Shown here in pieces: positions 48,210-56,621 of a stretch of 64,000 nucleotides of DNA (the first letter of the stretch is position 1; the number at the start of each line of letters is the position of its first letter). Location of the stretch: the sequence record ON631220.1, one strand, 5' to 3'. Below the pieces are notes generated by a model. It had not been told where the DNA came from. It did not search any database and was given only the letters and a program-made list of their open reading frames with translations. The position numbers and the translations under genes are program-made.

Positions 48210-48330
48210 TATGTAAAGAATACCCAAATCGGGATCTCCCGGACTATCTCCCTTCAGCGTTCCCGTCCGCAAATGAAGGTGCCGCCGAGATCCCACCTAT
48301 TGATAATGCCCTCCCTTCGGGGAGGGCTTT
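48210..48330 (+). ncRNA. Candidate structured small RNA
   Basis: TATG at 48210; nested GC-rich stems 48231-38/48287-94 and 48251-56/48274-79; terminator 48308-48327. Confidence 0.5.
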
Positions 48331-48370
48331 ATTTCGCTTAAGCCTATTTATTTTATTATAAGGAGTGAAA

Positions 48371-49102
48371 ATGACATATATCGTAAATGATGGTAAAGTC
48401 ATGATTGCAGACTGCCTATTAATTGAGCGGAATAATGCAACTGATAGCATTGGGCGACTTCCAGTATTAGATAACGGTTATATTGATCTAACTGCTAAAG
48501 CTGAAGGTGTAGATGTATATTACAATGATTGCCACAAGATAATTTTTCATCCGACAGTTACTTGGCAAGGTAAACGTGTTAAAACTATGGCTTTTGCTGG
48601 AACTATAGATAATGTTTATGATCTATTGAATGCCCTTACCGCAGGTGTTGATTTAGCTGATTGGTTTAAAGTTGAAGTAAATATCTTGCCAGTCATAGAA
48701 CGCAGGTTGTTTAATGGTAATACTTCTATGATGTTCACTATGGAGAATGGTGACATATATACAGTTATTCTTAAAGACATGGGTATCAACATCACCAAGA
48801 AAGATTGGGCTCATTTGGGTAGTGGTGTAGATGCAGTTAATAGTGTACTTGAGTTTATCCCTAATTGTAATGATAATGGATCAACCAAACTAACTGCACT
48901 TGAAGCATTTGCTATTGCATGTGCACATACTACTACTGTAAGTCGTAAATTTGATTATTACATCCATGCTACAGGTGAGTACAAGCAAAATCAAGAACTA
49001 TCAACTAAACAACTAAAATGGATACTAGCGCGCATTCAAAAGCGGATGGATCTTACCCGCATTTTCAATGACCGCGAATATGCCAATAACATATGGGGTT
49101 GA
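48371..49102 (+). CDS. Ntn-hydrolase (HslV/proteasome-beta-like) protein
   Basis: AGGAG SD gives M-T-Y-I (N-terminal Thr); IAD, AFAG, LGSG-x-DA and AIACA motifs. Confidence 0.65.
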   Translation: MTYIVNDGKVMIADCLLIERNNATDSIGRLPVLDNGYIDLTAKAEGVDVYYNDCHKIIFHPTVTWQGKRVKTMAFAGTIDNVYDLLNALTAGVDLADWFKVEVNILPVIERRLFNGNTSMMFTMENGDIYTVILKDMGINITKKDWAHLGSGVDAVNSVLEFIPNCNDNGSTKLTALEAFAIACAHTTTVSRKFDYYIHATGEYKQNQELSTKQLKWILARIQKRMDLTRIFNDREYANNIWG

Positions 49103-49623
49103 TTTGTATGAGTAATTCTAATATGGATATGCTATATTACACTAATGTAAATTGGGAGCAATATTTTCATCATGTGAAACAACGTGCAGATGATACTGTT
49201 AAAGTAATGTATAAACCTGAATATGAAGATCTTATTGATGAAGCATGTAGGCCATTAATTAAATGGTTTAATCAATTTATCAATGTTGCAACTATTTATT
49301 GCTGTTCAGGCCATGTTGATGAAGAAACTGGTGGTAGCCCTGGATACATTAGTCTTTTATTTAAAGATACCAATGCAGAGAATTCTGCAATGCGTTTATT
49401 GCGTGAAGCAATGTGTAAGGGGCGTGAGTGTAAGATCCCATTCGAAATTGAACTGGGGGCTTATTTCGGGCATCTACATGAGACCATTGATCAGAATCAC
49501 TGGGTCGCCAATCTAGTCATCCGCACCAATAGCTACAAACGTAAAAATACGTATGATCGCTATTGGCATCGTCTTTACAATATCATAACAACATGTAATA
49601 CTGAGGGTTTATACACCGTCTAA
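49093..49623 (+). CDS. TYW3-like domain protein
   Basis: LIDEACRPLIKWFN...ATIYCCSGH matches the ID-x6-L-x3-N...T-x2-SC-x-GH pattern. Confidence 0.5.
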   Translation: MGLICMSNSNMDMLYYTNVNWEQYFHHVKQRADDTVKVMYKPEYEDLIDEACRPLIKWFNQFINVATIYCCSGHVDEETGGSPGYISLLFKDTNAENSAMRLLREAMCKGRECKIPFEIELGAYFGHLHETIDQNHWVANLVIRTNSYKRKNTYDRYWHRLYNIITTCNTEGLYTV

Positions 49624-49641
49624 AAAATCTGAGATAATTTA

Positions 49642-49791
49642 ATGAATGATATTAAAAATACATTATTAGTTAGATTAAAGAGGAAACAAAAAGCTAAGCG
49701 TATAGATAAATTACAAAGACTAGGTTTATGGTTTATTCTATTGCTATGTGTATCTAATCTATTTGTCCAATTAATAAAAGGTATATTCTAA
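49642..49791 (+). CDS. 49-aa membrane micro-protein, not in the ORF track
   Basis: Basic N-terminus, then LGLWFILLLCVSNLFVQLI; abuts the next ATG. Confidence 0.6.
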   Translation: MNDIKNTLLVRLKRKQKAKRIDKLQRLGLWFILLLCVSNLFVQLIKGIF

Positions 49792-50472
49792 ATGGCAGAA
49801 AAGCTCAGTTTTGCTGATATATTTAAGATGGCTAAAGAGGAAAATGTTAAGCTTGAATTGCATTGTCTAATTGGTACTCGGCCAGTTAGGGGTCTTATTA
49901 AAAGTTTAAACTTTAATCCAATCAGACCTGATGTATACGAATCTGTTAATTTATATGTAGATGTATTTTCTAAAGTAGTGGAGACTAAAATAGATCCATC
50001 AAGTACTACTGCTGATTATGGTTGCTGGAGAATGACACCAGAAACTAAGAATTATGTAGATAGTAAATATAACTTACCAGAAAAAATGGATATCACTAAT
50101 CCAGATATCGTTAGGAGTAATATTAATTATTACCTCAGTTTACCTACTCAGGAACGTATTGAGTTATTTAATAAAATAAATAATCCTAATGTCATTGAGG
50201 CGATAAACAAAGAATGGTCTAAAATGGTTGTAGAGTATTATCAATCTGAGATCGATTCGTTTATTGGATTAATTGATTTCGATCATGTCCTTATCAATAA
50301 GTTCATGGTATTTAACTGGATGGATGATCTGTTTGAATATGCTTTAAATATCCCATTAAAACAAACCAATACAGTAAATGAAGGTACCTGTTGCTTACTG
50401 GTTCACAAAGATAAAAAGGCAACATATACCCATTTTACTGATATTAAAAATCTTATCAAAGTAAGTGTATAA
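49792..50472 (+). CDS. Hypothetical protein
   Basis: AAGGT SD; last gene of the plus-strand block. Confidence 0.8.
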   Translation: MAEKLSFADIFKMAKEENVKLELHCLIGTRPVRGLIKSLNFNPIRPDVYESVNLYVDVFSKVVETKIDPSSTTADYGCWRMTPETKNYVDSKYNLPEKMDITNPDIVRSNINYYLSLPTQERIELFNKINNPNVIEAINKEWSKMVVEYYQSEIDSFIGLIDFDHVLINKFMVFNWMDDLFEYALNIPLKQTNTVNEGTCCLLVHKDKKATYTHFTDIKNLIKVSV

Positions 50473-50484
50473 TTACGGCATAAA

Positions 50485-50506
50485 CCCCTCTCCATGTGGA
50501 GAGGGG
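50485..50506. terminator. Bidirectional terminator between convergent blocks
   Basis: cccctctcca-tg-tggagagggg. Confidence 0.8.
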
Positions 50507-50532
50507 CTATGTCTTTATTTTTTTATTTAAAC

Positions 50533-50967
50533 TCACTTAGAATAATCTTCTACTGGGATATCATCCAGCCAATCATTAAGTAGTTTAAATTGCTGAGGGT
50601 GTTGCATCTTAGTGACTTTACCATACTTAACACTAACTGCTTTACCACTCGATACAGCGAGATCAACTAGTTTCTTTTCATATGCATTAAACTCATCATA
50701 CCACCGAGTATGAATAAGTTTTGCTAGGCGATCGTAAGCTGTCTTTCGATAATGATCTTCTTGTTCGCGGCGTTGTTCGTCAAGTAGTTCTTTTTGACGT
50801 TGTTCTTGCTGACGCTTTTCTTCTTCCTTTTTCTCTTTCTCTAGTCGTTTCTTCTCAGCAAAATATGATAGAACCGGTAGTTTGAAAAGTAGGCTTAGAA
50901 GTAGTTGAAAGAATTGTTTCATTAGTATTTCCTCAGTTTGATTAAATAGATAATTTACAAATGGCAA
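50533..50967 (-). CDS. Hypothetical protein with charged coiled coil (likely start 50922)
   Basis: GAGGA SD before MKQFFQ; EKKRLEKEKKEEEKRQQEQ run. Confidence 0.75.
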   Translation of the reverse strand: MPFVNYLFNQTEEILMKQFFQLLLSLLFKLPVLSYFAEKKRLEKEKKEEEKRQQEQRQKELLDEQRREQEDHYRKTAYDRLAKLIHTRWYDEFNAYEKKLVDLAVSSGKAVSVKYGKVTKMQHPQQFKLLNDWLDDIPVEDYSK

Positions 50968-51002
50968 TCCGCCTAGTTACATACTAGATAGCTGTAAGTA
51001 TT

Positions 51003-51413
51003 TTAATCCGTTACAATGTCTGGATAACGTTCATCAATTAATGATTTTCTATATGCAAACTCACGCACCTCTACCTCTAACTTTTCTTTAGTTTCATCTG
51101 TGGTGCCGATTACAATAATTGAATCATCATTAATTGATAACTCTACATCATTGTCTTTCCCAAATACTAATTTAAAAACAGTATTTAATTCATCTAATTG
51201 ATCTTGAATGGGCACTGTATCATCATGGATTGCCCTAGACGGTTCCTCTAATAGACCCTCTAGTGCTTTATAAGACTTTATAAAAAGAGTATCATTAAAA
51301 TCTTCTTTTAGCCATGCTAATTCAAGTGTATATAAATCAACTACTCTATTAAGATTTGAAGTAGTTATATCTGTTTTCCATTCATAACCTAGATAGTTAG
51401 TTTCATTACTCAT
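51003..51413 (-). CDS. Hypothetical protein
   Basis: AAGGAG SD. Confidence 0.8.
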   Translation of the reverse strand: MSNETNYLGYEWKTDITTSNLNRVVDLYTLELAWLKEDFNDTLFIKSYKALEGLLEEPSRAIHDDTVPIQDQLDELNTVFKLVFGKDNDVELSINDDSIIVIGTTDETKEKLEVEVREFAYRKSLIDERYPDIVTD

Positions 51414-51455
51414 TATAAACTCCTTTGATTAATACATATTAAATAATCTGGAGTA

Positions 51456-51632
51456 TTATTTCTTTGTAATACGATAACCAACTGACCATAAATCTACACG
51501 GACGAAACCTTTTCCCTCATGTTGACCGTATAAACATACGCGTAACATTCTATTGCATGGCTTCATATCAATTCGTGTTATCTCAAATTTATTAGTAATA
51601 TATTCTTGGATGATAAATAATAGATGACTCAT
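51456..51632 (-). CDS. 58-aa hypothetical protein, not in the ORF track
   Basis: AGGA SD; MSHLLFIIQEYITNKFEITRIDMKPC... Confidence 0.6.
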   Translation of the reverse strand: MSHLLFIIQEYITNKFEITRIDMKPCNRMLRVCLYGQHEGKGFVRVDLWSVGYRITKK

Positions 51633-51761
51633 TTTATACTTTCCTGATTAATGACAAACATAAGCCCCTCCATATGGAGGGGCAATATGATTTACTGAGT
51701 CTTTCGCGTTCAATCCCATCCTAACTAATATATTTAAGAATAGTTTAAACCTCAGTAAATT

Positions 51762-51838
51762 TGGTGCCGCCACTCCGAATCGAACGGAGGACCTACGCAT
51801 TACAAGTGCGTTGCTCTACCTAGCTGAGCTATAGCGGC
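51762..51838 (-). tRNA. tRNA-Thr(UGU)
   Basis: Cloverleaf GCCGCTA...TAGCGGC-like acceptor, anticodon TGT, TTCGATT loop, encoded CCA. Confidence 0.97.
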
Positions 51839-51894
51839 GTAATCTTCTACATATAGTGTATATGAAAGTATTATTTTATTATAATAGATAAAGT

Positions 51895-51926
51895 TATATT
51901 CAAACCATTTTAAACAGTATATTACT
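51895..51926 (+). promoter_or_regulatory. Early promoter (TTTAAACAG-TATATTAC), divergent from tRNA-Thr
   Basis: TATATTAC at 51918-51925. Confidence 0.85.
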
Positions 51927-51981
51927 AATGTGATATTACTAAAAGTAATATTTTCTATTAATTGTAAATAGGGTACTAGAT

Positions 51982-52119
51982 ATGAATATTGATCCAAAAA
52001 CTCTTGGTATTATTGTTAGCGCCACTATTGGCACCATAGGTGCTCTTATTCTTACGTATGGTATCGTGAGAGCAGTACGCGGAAATAATAAACCCGATGT
52101 AAAAGATGTAGCAGAGTAA
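51982..52119 (+). CDS. 45-aa early single-pass membrane protein, not in the ORF track
   Basis: MNIDPKTLGIIVSATIGTIGALILTYGIVRAVRG...; own promoter and terminator (52128-52154). Confidence 0.75.
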   Translation: MNIDPKTLGIIVSATIGTIGALILTYGIVRAVRGNNKPDVKDVAE

Positions 52120-52176
52120 GATAACATAGAGCTAGCCCATTATGGGCTAGCTCTTATATTTATTTTTTTATTTGTT

Positions 52177-52812
52177 TTAACTTGGGGTACTATAATAAAT
52201 AAATTTAGTTAATTCGGCTTCTTGCTCTTTGGCTATATCATTTTTCGTTTGCTTAACATTAGTGTAAGATTCAATAAATAACCAACGCTGATCATATTCG
52301 GCTAAGTCATTGAATTCAATTTTCTCGAATCGCCATGACTGAACAGTAGTTCTGATTAGATTACCTGACTTATTAACAATATAACCTTGCATAGTATCAA
52401 ATAACTTGTCCGATTCACCGAGAATAAATATTAGATACACATCATCTGTATTTTTGGTATGCATTGATTTTAATTTATAAATACATGGCCTAAAAGAATC
52501 GTAATTTTTATAATATTCTTTGATTTCTAGAGCAGCATCAATCATCATCTTGGCGCTATTCTGAATGCCATTATTAAGTAGATAATTATTAAGCTCTTTT
52601 AATGAATCATCTGTCAGTGATGCTTCGATATGTTCTTCACTTATAGGGTCGCTATAAACTAGTTTATTAATAGCTGAATTAACAATATTTAGTTTATCAA
52701 CATCATAAGCTACTAATGTTTGCTTGCCAACATTTATTTTTAATACTTTATTTGAATTATTAATAAAGTCGTCTAGATCTAGTGTATTAAAATGAAAAGC
52801 CATTTGAGTCAC
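52177..52812 (-). CDS. Hypothetical protein
   Basis: AAGGTG SD. Confidence 0.75.
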   Translation of the reverse strand: MTQMAFHFNTLDLDDFINNSNKVLKINVGKQTLVAYDVDKLNIVNSAINKLVYSDPISEEHIEASLTDDSLKELNNYLLNNGIQNSAKMMIDAALEIKEYYKNYDSFRPCIYKLKSMHTKNTDDVYLIFILGESDKLFDTMQGYIVNKSGNLIRTTVQSWRFEKIEFNDLAEYDQRWLFIESYTNVKQTKNDIAKEQEAELTKFIYYSTPS

Positions 52813-52961
52813 CTTTATGTTTTCCGTAGTGTTAAATTTTATTAACGCCCGGTTTCTAGTTGAGTTATATGTAGGGTTAACCTACAAATAATAATGACTT
52901 TATGTATATTTTTACTTATAAATAGACCCCTCTATATAGAGGGGTCTTATGCCGTATAAAG

Positions 52962-53822
52962 TTATTTTAGTATAGGTCTAAATACAAAAATCACATCAAC
53001 TTCATTAGCTATGTCAACATCATATTCAATACCATCGTTATCGATAGCAACTAACATGGTATTATTTCTTGGAGATGGTGTTGATGTGAGGAACTTTACA
53101 TTATCTGGCAGTGATAAATTAGTTACCGGGGACTGGTCTGTTTGGATGCCTGTCTGAAAAGCTGTACCCATATAACGCTTGAATTCGTTTAATGTTGGAA
53201 CATATACCTCCCACTTAACGTCCTGCATATCTATTATACGTCCTTGTTGAGTTGGACCACCTATATGTTCTATCAATTCACTCGGCCATACATCGGACAT
53301 ATCTCCAGACCGTCCCATGTACCCCGCATGGTAAACAGCCACAGCGACAGCTTTCTCAATACTAGATGTATCATGAAAAGCTACATACTCATTATCAATA
53401 AAATAAGGGGTTGGAGCCTCATCAAGATTCATTCCTGGGATGCTATATGGCGAAGAACCAATTGGTCTAAGGGTTGGTCTATTTTCACCTTTGTATGACT
53501 TTGTCAACCTGGCATATTGTCCATCACCGGCTTCAAGCTTTGTATATCCCAATACACTTTGCCATTTACTACTTACACTAAGAGTACGCATTGGTCCTGT
53601 ATAAGCTAATTGACCAAATATATCCTTATATTTTAAGTTCAACCAAACGCATGTATCTTCAGGGTATCTGGATGGCCAGAATCCTGCTATTAAATCCCAA
53701 TCATAGTAATAGTGGGGTGGTAGGTTATTGTAATCCCAAGGTATCGCATTGGTATACGACCAAAATGTAACGATCGGTGTAGAACCAGGCCAACCTCTAA
53801 CATTTTTAAGAGTGATGTACAT
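52962..53822 (-). CDS. Putative virion structural protein (FN3-like/YTGP paralogue family)
   Basis: Start at 53822 by TAATG coupling; YTGP...LEAGDGQY; terminator at 52924-52947. Confidence 0.7.
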   Translation of the reverse strand: MYITLKNVRGWPGSTPIVTFWSYTNAIPWDYNNLPPHYYYDWDLIAGFWPSRYPEDTCVWLNLKYKDIFGQLAYTGPMRTLSVSSKWQSVLGYTKLEAGDGQYARLTKSYKGENRPTLRPIGSSPYSIPGMNLDEAPTPYFIDNEYVAFHDTSSIEKAVAVAVYHAGYMGRSGDMSDVWPSELIEHIGGPTQQGRIIDMQDVKWEVYVPTLNEFKRYMGTAFQTGIQTDQSPVTNLSLPDNVKFLTSTPSPRNNTMLVAIDNDGIEYDVDIANEVDVIFVFRPILK

Positions 53823-54676
53823 TAATTTACTCCTGATTCTTGGATAAAATTTAATATGGGTTTCCAATACCAACTAACATTAGCATCAATAGTTGGGTTA
53901 AAAGTGGTAATGGTTGATGACCCATACTTACTCAGATCCTTAAATGCTCTAGTTGAATTCGCACCTACTACAGTCATAATTACCCTGACATCATCTGCAT
54001 TTTTATTAACCTGATCACTAATTGACCGGATCATTGATTTTCTAGGGTAATCAGCTGGTAGTGTATATGGTCCAACAAACCGACCATCCATAACTTGCAT
54101 ATAGAACGAAGTTGGCAATGATGGGACATAAAAAGAATATTTACAATTACCTTTAACTATAGTTCTATTATTATCTACATTATTAATTAGCTCAGATAAT
54201 TTGTCTATCGGTATCTCGATATAACCCATATATGGGAGAAAGTAAATATCTGATTTATGTTTAATTTTTGTCCATTGATCAGTCCAATTTATGGCATTTT
54301 CCGATTGCCCATTAAACATCATTAATAGATCTTGAAGACTAGGAAGCTCCGGACTAGTTACCCTATCTAACAATGCAGCTCCATCTGCTTGCATCATAGG
54401 TTCTAAGAAACCACCTGGTCCATATTGCGAAACAGCTTTAAATGTAAATACTGGACTAATGGCTGTGTCGCCGCCTTCTCTTACAGTCCTAATGCGATAA
54501 TCGTAAACATTACCAATTACCACATCACGATCAATAATAGCTGTCGTGAATCCGTCTAGTTTCTGGATTGGTTGGTTTATAGGAGTATCCGGAATAGGTG
54601 TACCTGATAACTCGCGGTATACTTCAATACTTGTAATTGATCTAGAATTAGGATTCCTAATTTTAAAGGTAATCAT
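53822..54676 (-). CDS. Putative virion structural protein (FN3-like/YGPG paralogue family)
   Basis: IEVYR...DRDV...YDYRIRTV...SQYGPG. Confidence 0.75.
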   Translation of the reverse strand: MITFKIRNPNSRSITSIEVYRELSGTPIPDTPINQPIQKLDGFTTAIIDRDVVIGNVYDYRIRTVREGGDTAISPVFTFKAVSQYGPGGFLEPMMQADGAALLDRVTSPELPSLQDLLMMFNGQSENAINWTDQWTKIKHKSDIYFLPYMGYIEIPIDKLSELINNVDNNRTIVKGNCKYSFYVPSLPTSFYMQVMDGRFVGPYTLPADYPRKSMIRSISDQVNKNADDVRVIMTVVGANSTRAFKDLSKYGSSTITTFNPTIDANVSWYWKPILNFIQESGVN

Positions 54677-56619
54677 ATCGAAACCTCAGCATAAGTTGTA
54701 AATATCCGACTTGTGCCAACTTGTACATCTGTGACTGGGATGATTGGTGCATCGATTGGATCGATTAATCGAATAACATAGAAACTTGATGTAAACGATT
54801 CATTAAGCCAAGGTTGATTATGCATAAGCACGAGCTTATCTTCGTAAAACGCTCCATTTAAAGATGCTCTACTGCTATTACTTAATCCTGGTATCGCTAC
54901 GGTTATTTTCAACCAGCGGTTTTCATTAGGTACAAATTGATATAAGTATAACTCACCTTGTTTCTCATCAAGAGATGCCGAGCCATACATGAAGATAGTA
55001 TCTCGCCAAATATGAATTTTACCACCTTTGGTGGTTGGTAATTCTGTACCTTGTTGAGTTATCTTGGTTCTATATGTATACGAGTCAGTGTCTTCAGGTA
55101 TAGTTAATTTATATGTCGCATTTGTAAAACCATTAGTACTTCTTTCTGGAGCAACCCATAAGAAATAATCTTCATGTGGTGCTATTGGACCGCCGCCACC
55201 GTCGTAGAAATTAGACCGATTATAGACTGTAAATGTACCGTCAAATGTATCCAGATCCGCTGTTGCAAAATTATACTGTCCGGAAGGAATTACATTACCA
55301 TACCCGCCAATATATAAAAGTCTTTGACGATCAGTGATTTTATCATAATACTTCGTAACACTAGCACCATAATAAAATTGTAAACTATTCGTTATAGTTG
55401 ACCAAGAACCTTCTGGCGTACCATCATCCTCCCATACCTGAATGTCATTGTATAATTCAGCATACGTATATTCGCTACTGCCTATCTTTTTGGCGCCGCC
55501 CATACAGTAGATTTTATTCCCGTTAACCCAAGTACATGCGTTATATACCCCAACTGGCATATCCGCATGTACTTGCCTATCAGATCCATCCAAATTAATA
55601 CTGATATGTTTAGTAGTGGCCGATGCATATGAATTAAAATGGCTATAAACACCACCAAAGAAATGGGCACGTCCGTTAATAATTTCAGATTGACAGAACA
55701 TCATGCGATCAGTTGGATCAGCAGGAATGATATTTACATCAGGGCTTGGCCATGCCATATCACCTCTATTCATTAACTCGACCACCATATAAAGTGGTCC
55801 CTTAGTAGTCCACTCTGTGTCTGAAGACACTCCATCTAATCCAACTGTTCTGAATTTATTACCCTGTGATCCGATATCTACGACTGGTGATTTATATGAA
55901 TGCGTGTTACAATTACCTATAACTCGATCACATGTAAGACCCATAGGGGAATCTGGATATAACTTAACATATAGTTCAGCATACTCGCTTGTTGTCATCA
56001 GTCTGAACTTAAATGAATAATTGTTATACGTTACAGGTTTCCCTTGCTCAACTTTAGTTGTTAAAGAATCGTAAAATGTGCGGCTGAATACACCTAATCC
56101 GTCTCCGTATGATAGTAGAGCACCATCATTATAAAGATCTTCAGGACTACCATAGAAAATAGGTGTATTAGAAATAAATAACACATTCCCATGATAACTA
56201 CACTTCTCGACCTCTATTGTTTCATGATCGATTCCTTCAAGTACAGTACATGATGGTACTAATTTTTTAGCTTCATCTATTGACAATATGACGTTCAAAG
56301 GTAATGTACCATATCGACCAATATAACTATCACCACGTAAGATTTTATCTGGGGTATTCTTATCAATCTGTGGTCCAGTATAATAACGTTTCATTGTTGT
56401 GTATAAAGGACCAACTACTTCATTGCCATTATGTACAACTGATACCCTATAATAAACCATGGTGTTGAGTATGAGGGTCTCATCGGTGTAGCTACTTGTA
56501 TTACCAGGTAATACAAGTAGTACGGGCGGCAAATCTTCTGCATCAAATGGGAAATAATGCCGATATATCTTTATAGTAGTGGATGGATCTGAATTATAGT
56601 CAGTTAATTCAATTCTCAT
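54673..56619 (-). CDS. Putative virion protein: FN3-like + YTGP domain + C-terminal Kelch propeller
   Basis: IYR...YTDE...YYRV...YTGP...GD-x3-GRYG; Kelch motifs HFFGG, YCMGG, LYIGG, FMYGS. Confidence 0.8.
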   Translation of the reverse strand: MRIELTDYNSDPSTTIKIYRHYFPFDAEDLPPVLLVLPGNTSSYTDETLILNTMVYYRVSVVHNGNEVVGPLYTTMKRYYTGPQIDKNTPDKILRGDSYIGRYGTLPLNVILSIDEAKKLVPSCTVLEGIDHETIEVEKCSYHGNVLFISNTPIFYGSPEDLYNDGALLSYGDGLGVFSRTFYDSLTTKVEQGKPVTYNNYSFKFRLMTTSEYAELYVKLYPDSPMGLTCDRVIGNCNTHSYKSPVVDIGSQGNKFRTVGLDGVSSDTEWTTKGPLYMVVELMNRGDMAWPSPDVNIIPADPTDRMMFCQSEIINGRAHFFGGVYSHFNSYASATTKHISINLDGSDRQVHADMPVGVYNACTWVNGNKIYCMGGAKKIGSSEYTYAELYNDIQVWEDDGTPEGSWSTITNSLQFYYGASVTKYYDKITDRQRLLYIGGYGNVIPSGQYNFATADLDTFDGTFTVYNRSNFYDGGGGPIAPHEDYFLWVAPERSTNGFTNATYKLTIPEDTDSYTYRTKITQQGTELPTTKGGKIHIWRDTIFMYGSASLDEKQGELYLYQFVPNENRWLKITVAIPGLSNSSRASLNGAFYEDKLVLMHNQPWLNESFTSSFYVIRLIDPIDAPIIPVTDVQVGTSRIFTTYAEVSI

Positions 56620-56621
56620 GG

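Noticed and set aside
48231-48294. Hammerhead or other known ribozyme
   Set aside because: The CUGANGA and GAAA cores are not both present on either strand; it is kept only as an unknown structured RNA.
2056-48798. Minus-strand ORFs inside the plus-strand block (e.g. 2056, 12728, 17014, 17626, 28313, 40501, 45022)
   Set aside because: They are antisense shadows of well-supported genes, with no SDs and atypical composition.
51690-51760. tRNA-associated theta (HDV-like) ribozyme
   Set aside because: The sequence is AT-rich and lacks the nested double-pseudoknot pairings.
51800-52127. Minus-strand ORFs 51800..51997 and 51939..52127
   Set aside because: They overlap tRNA-Thr, the early promoter and the better-supported plus-strand 45-aa gene.
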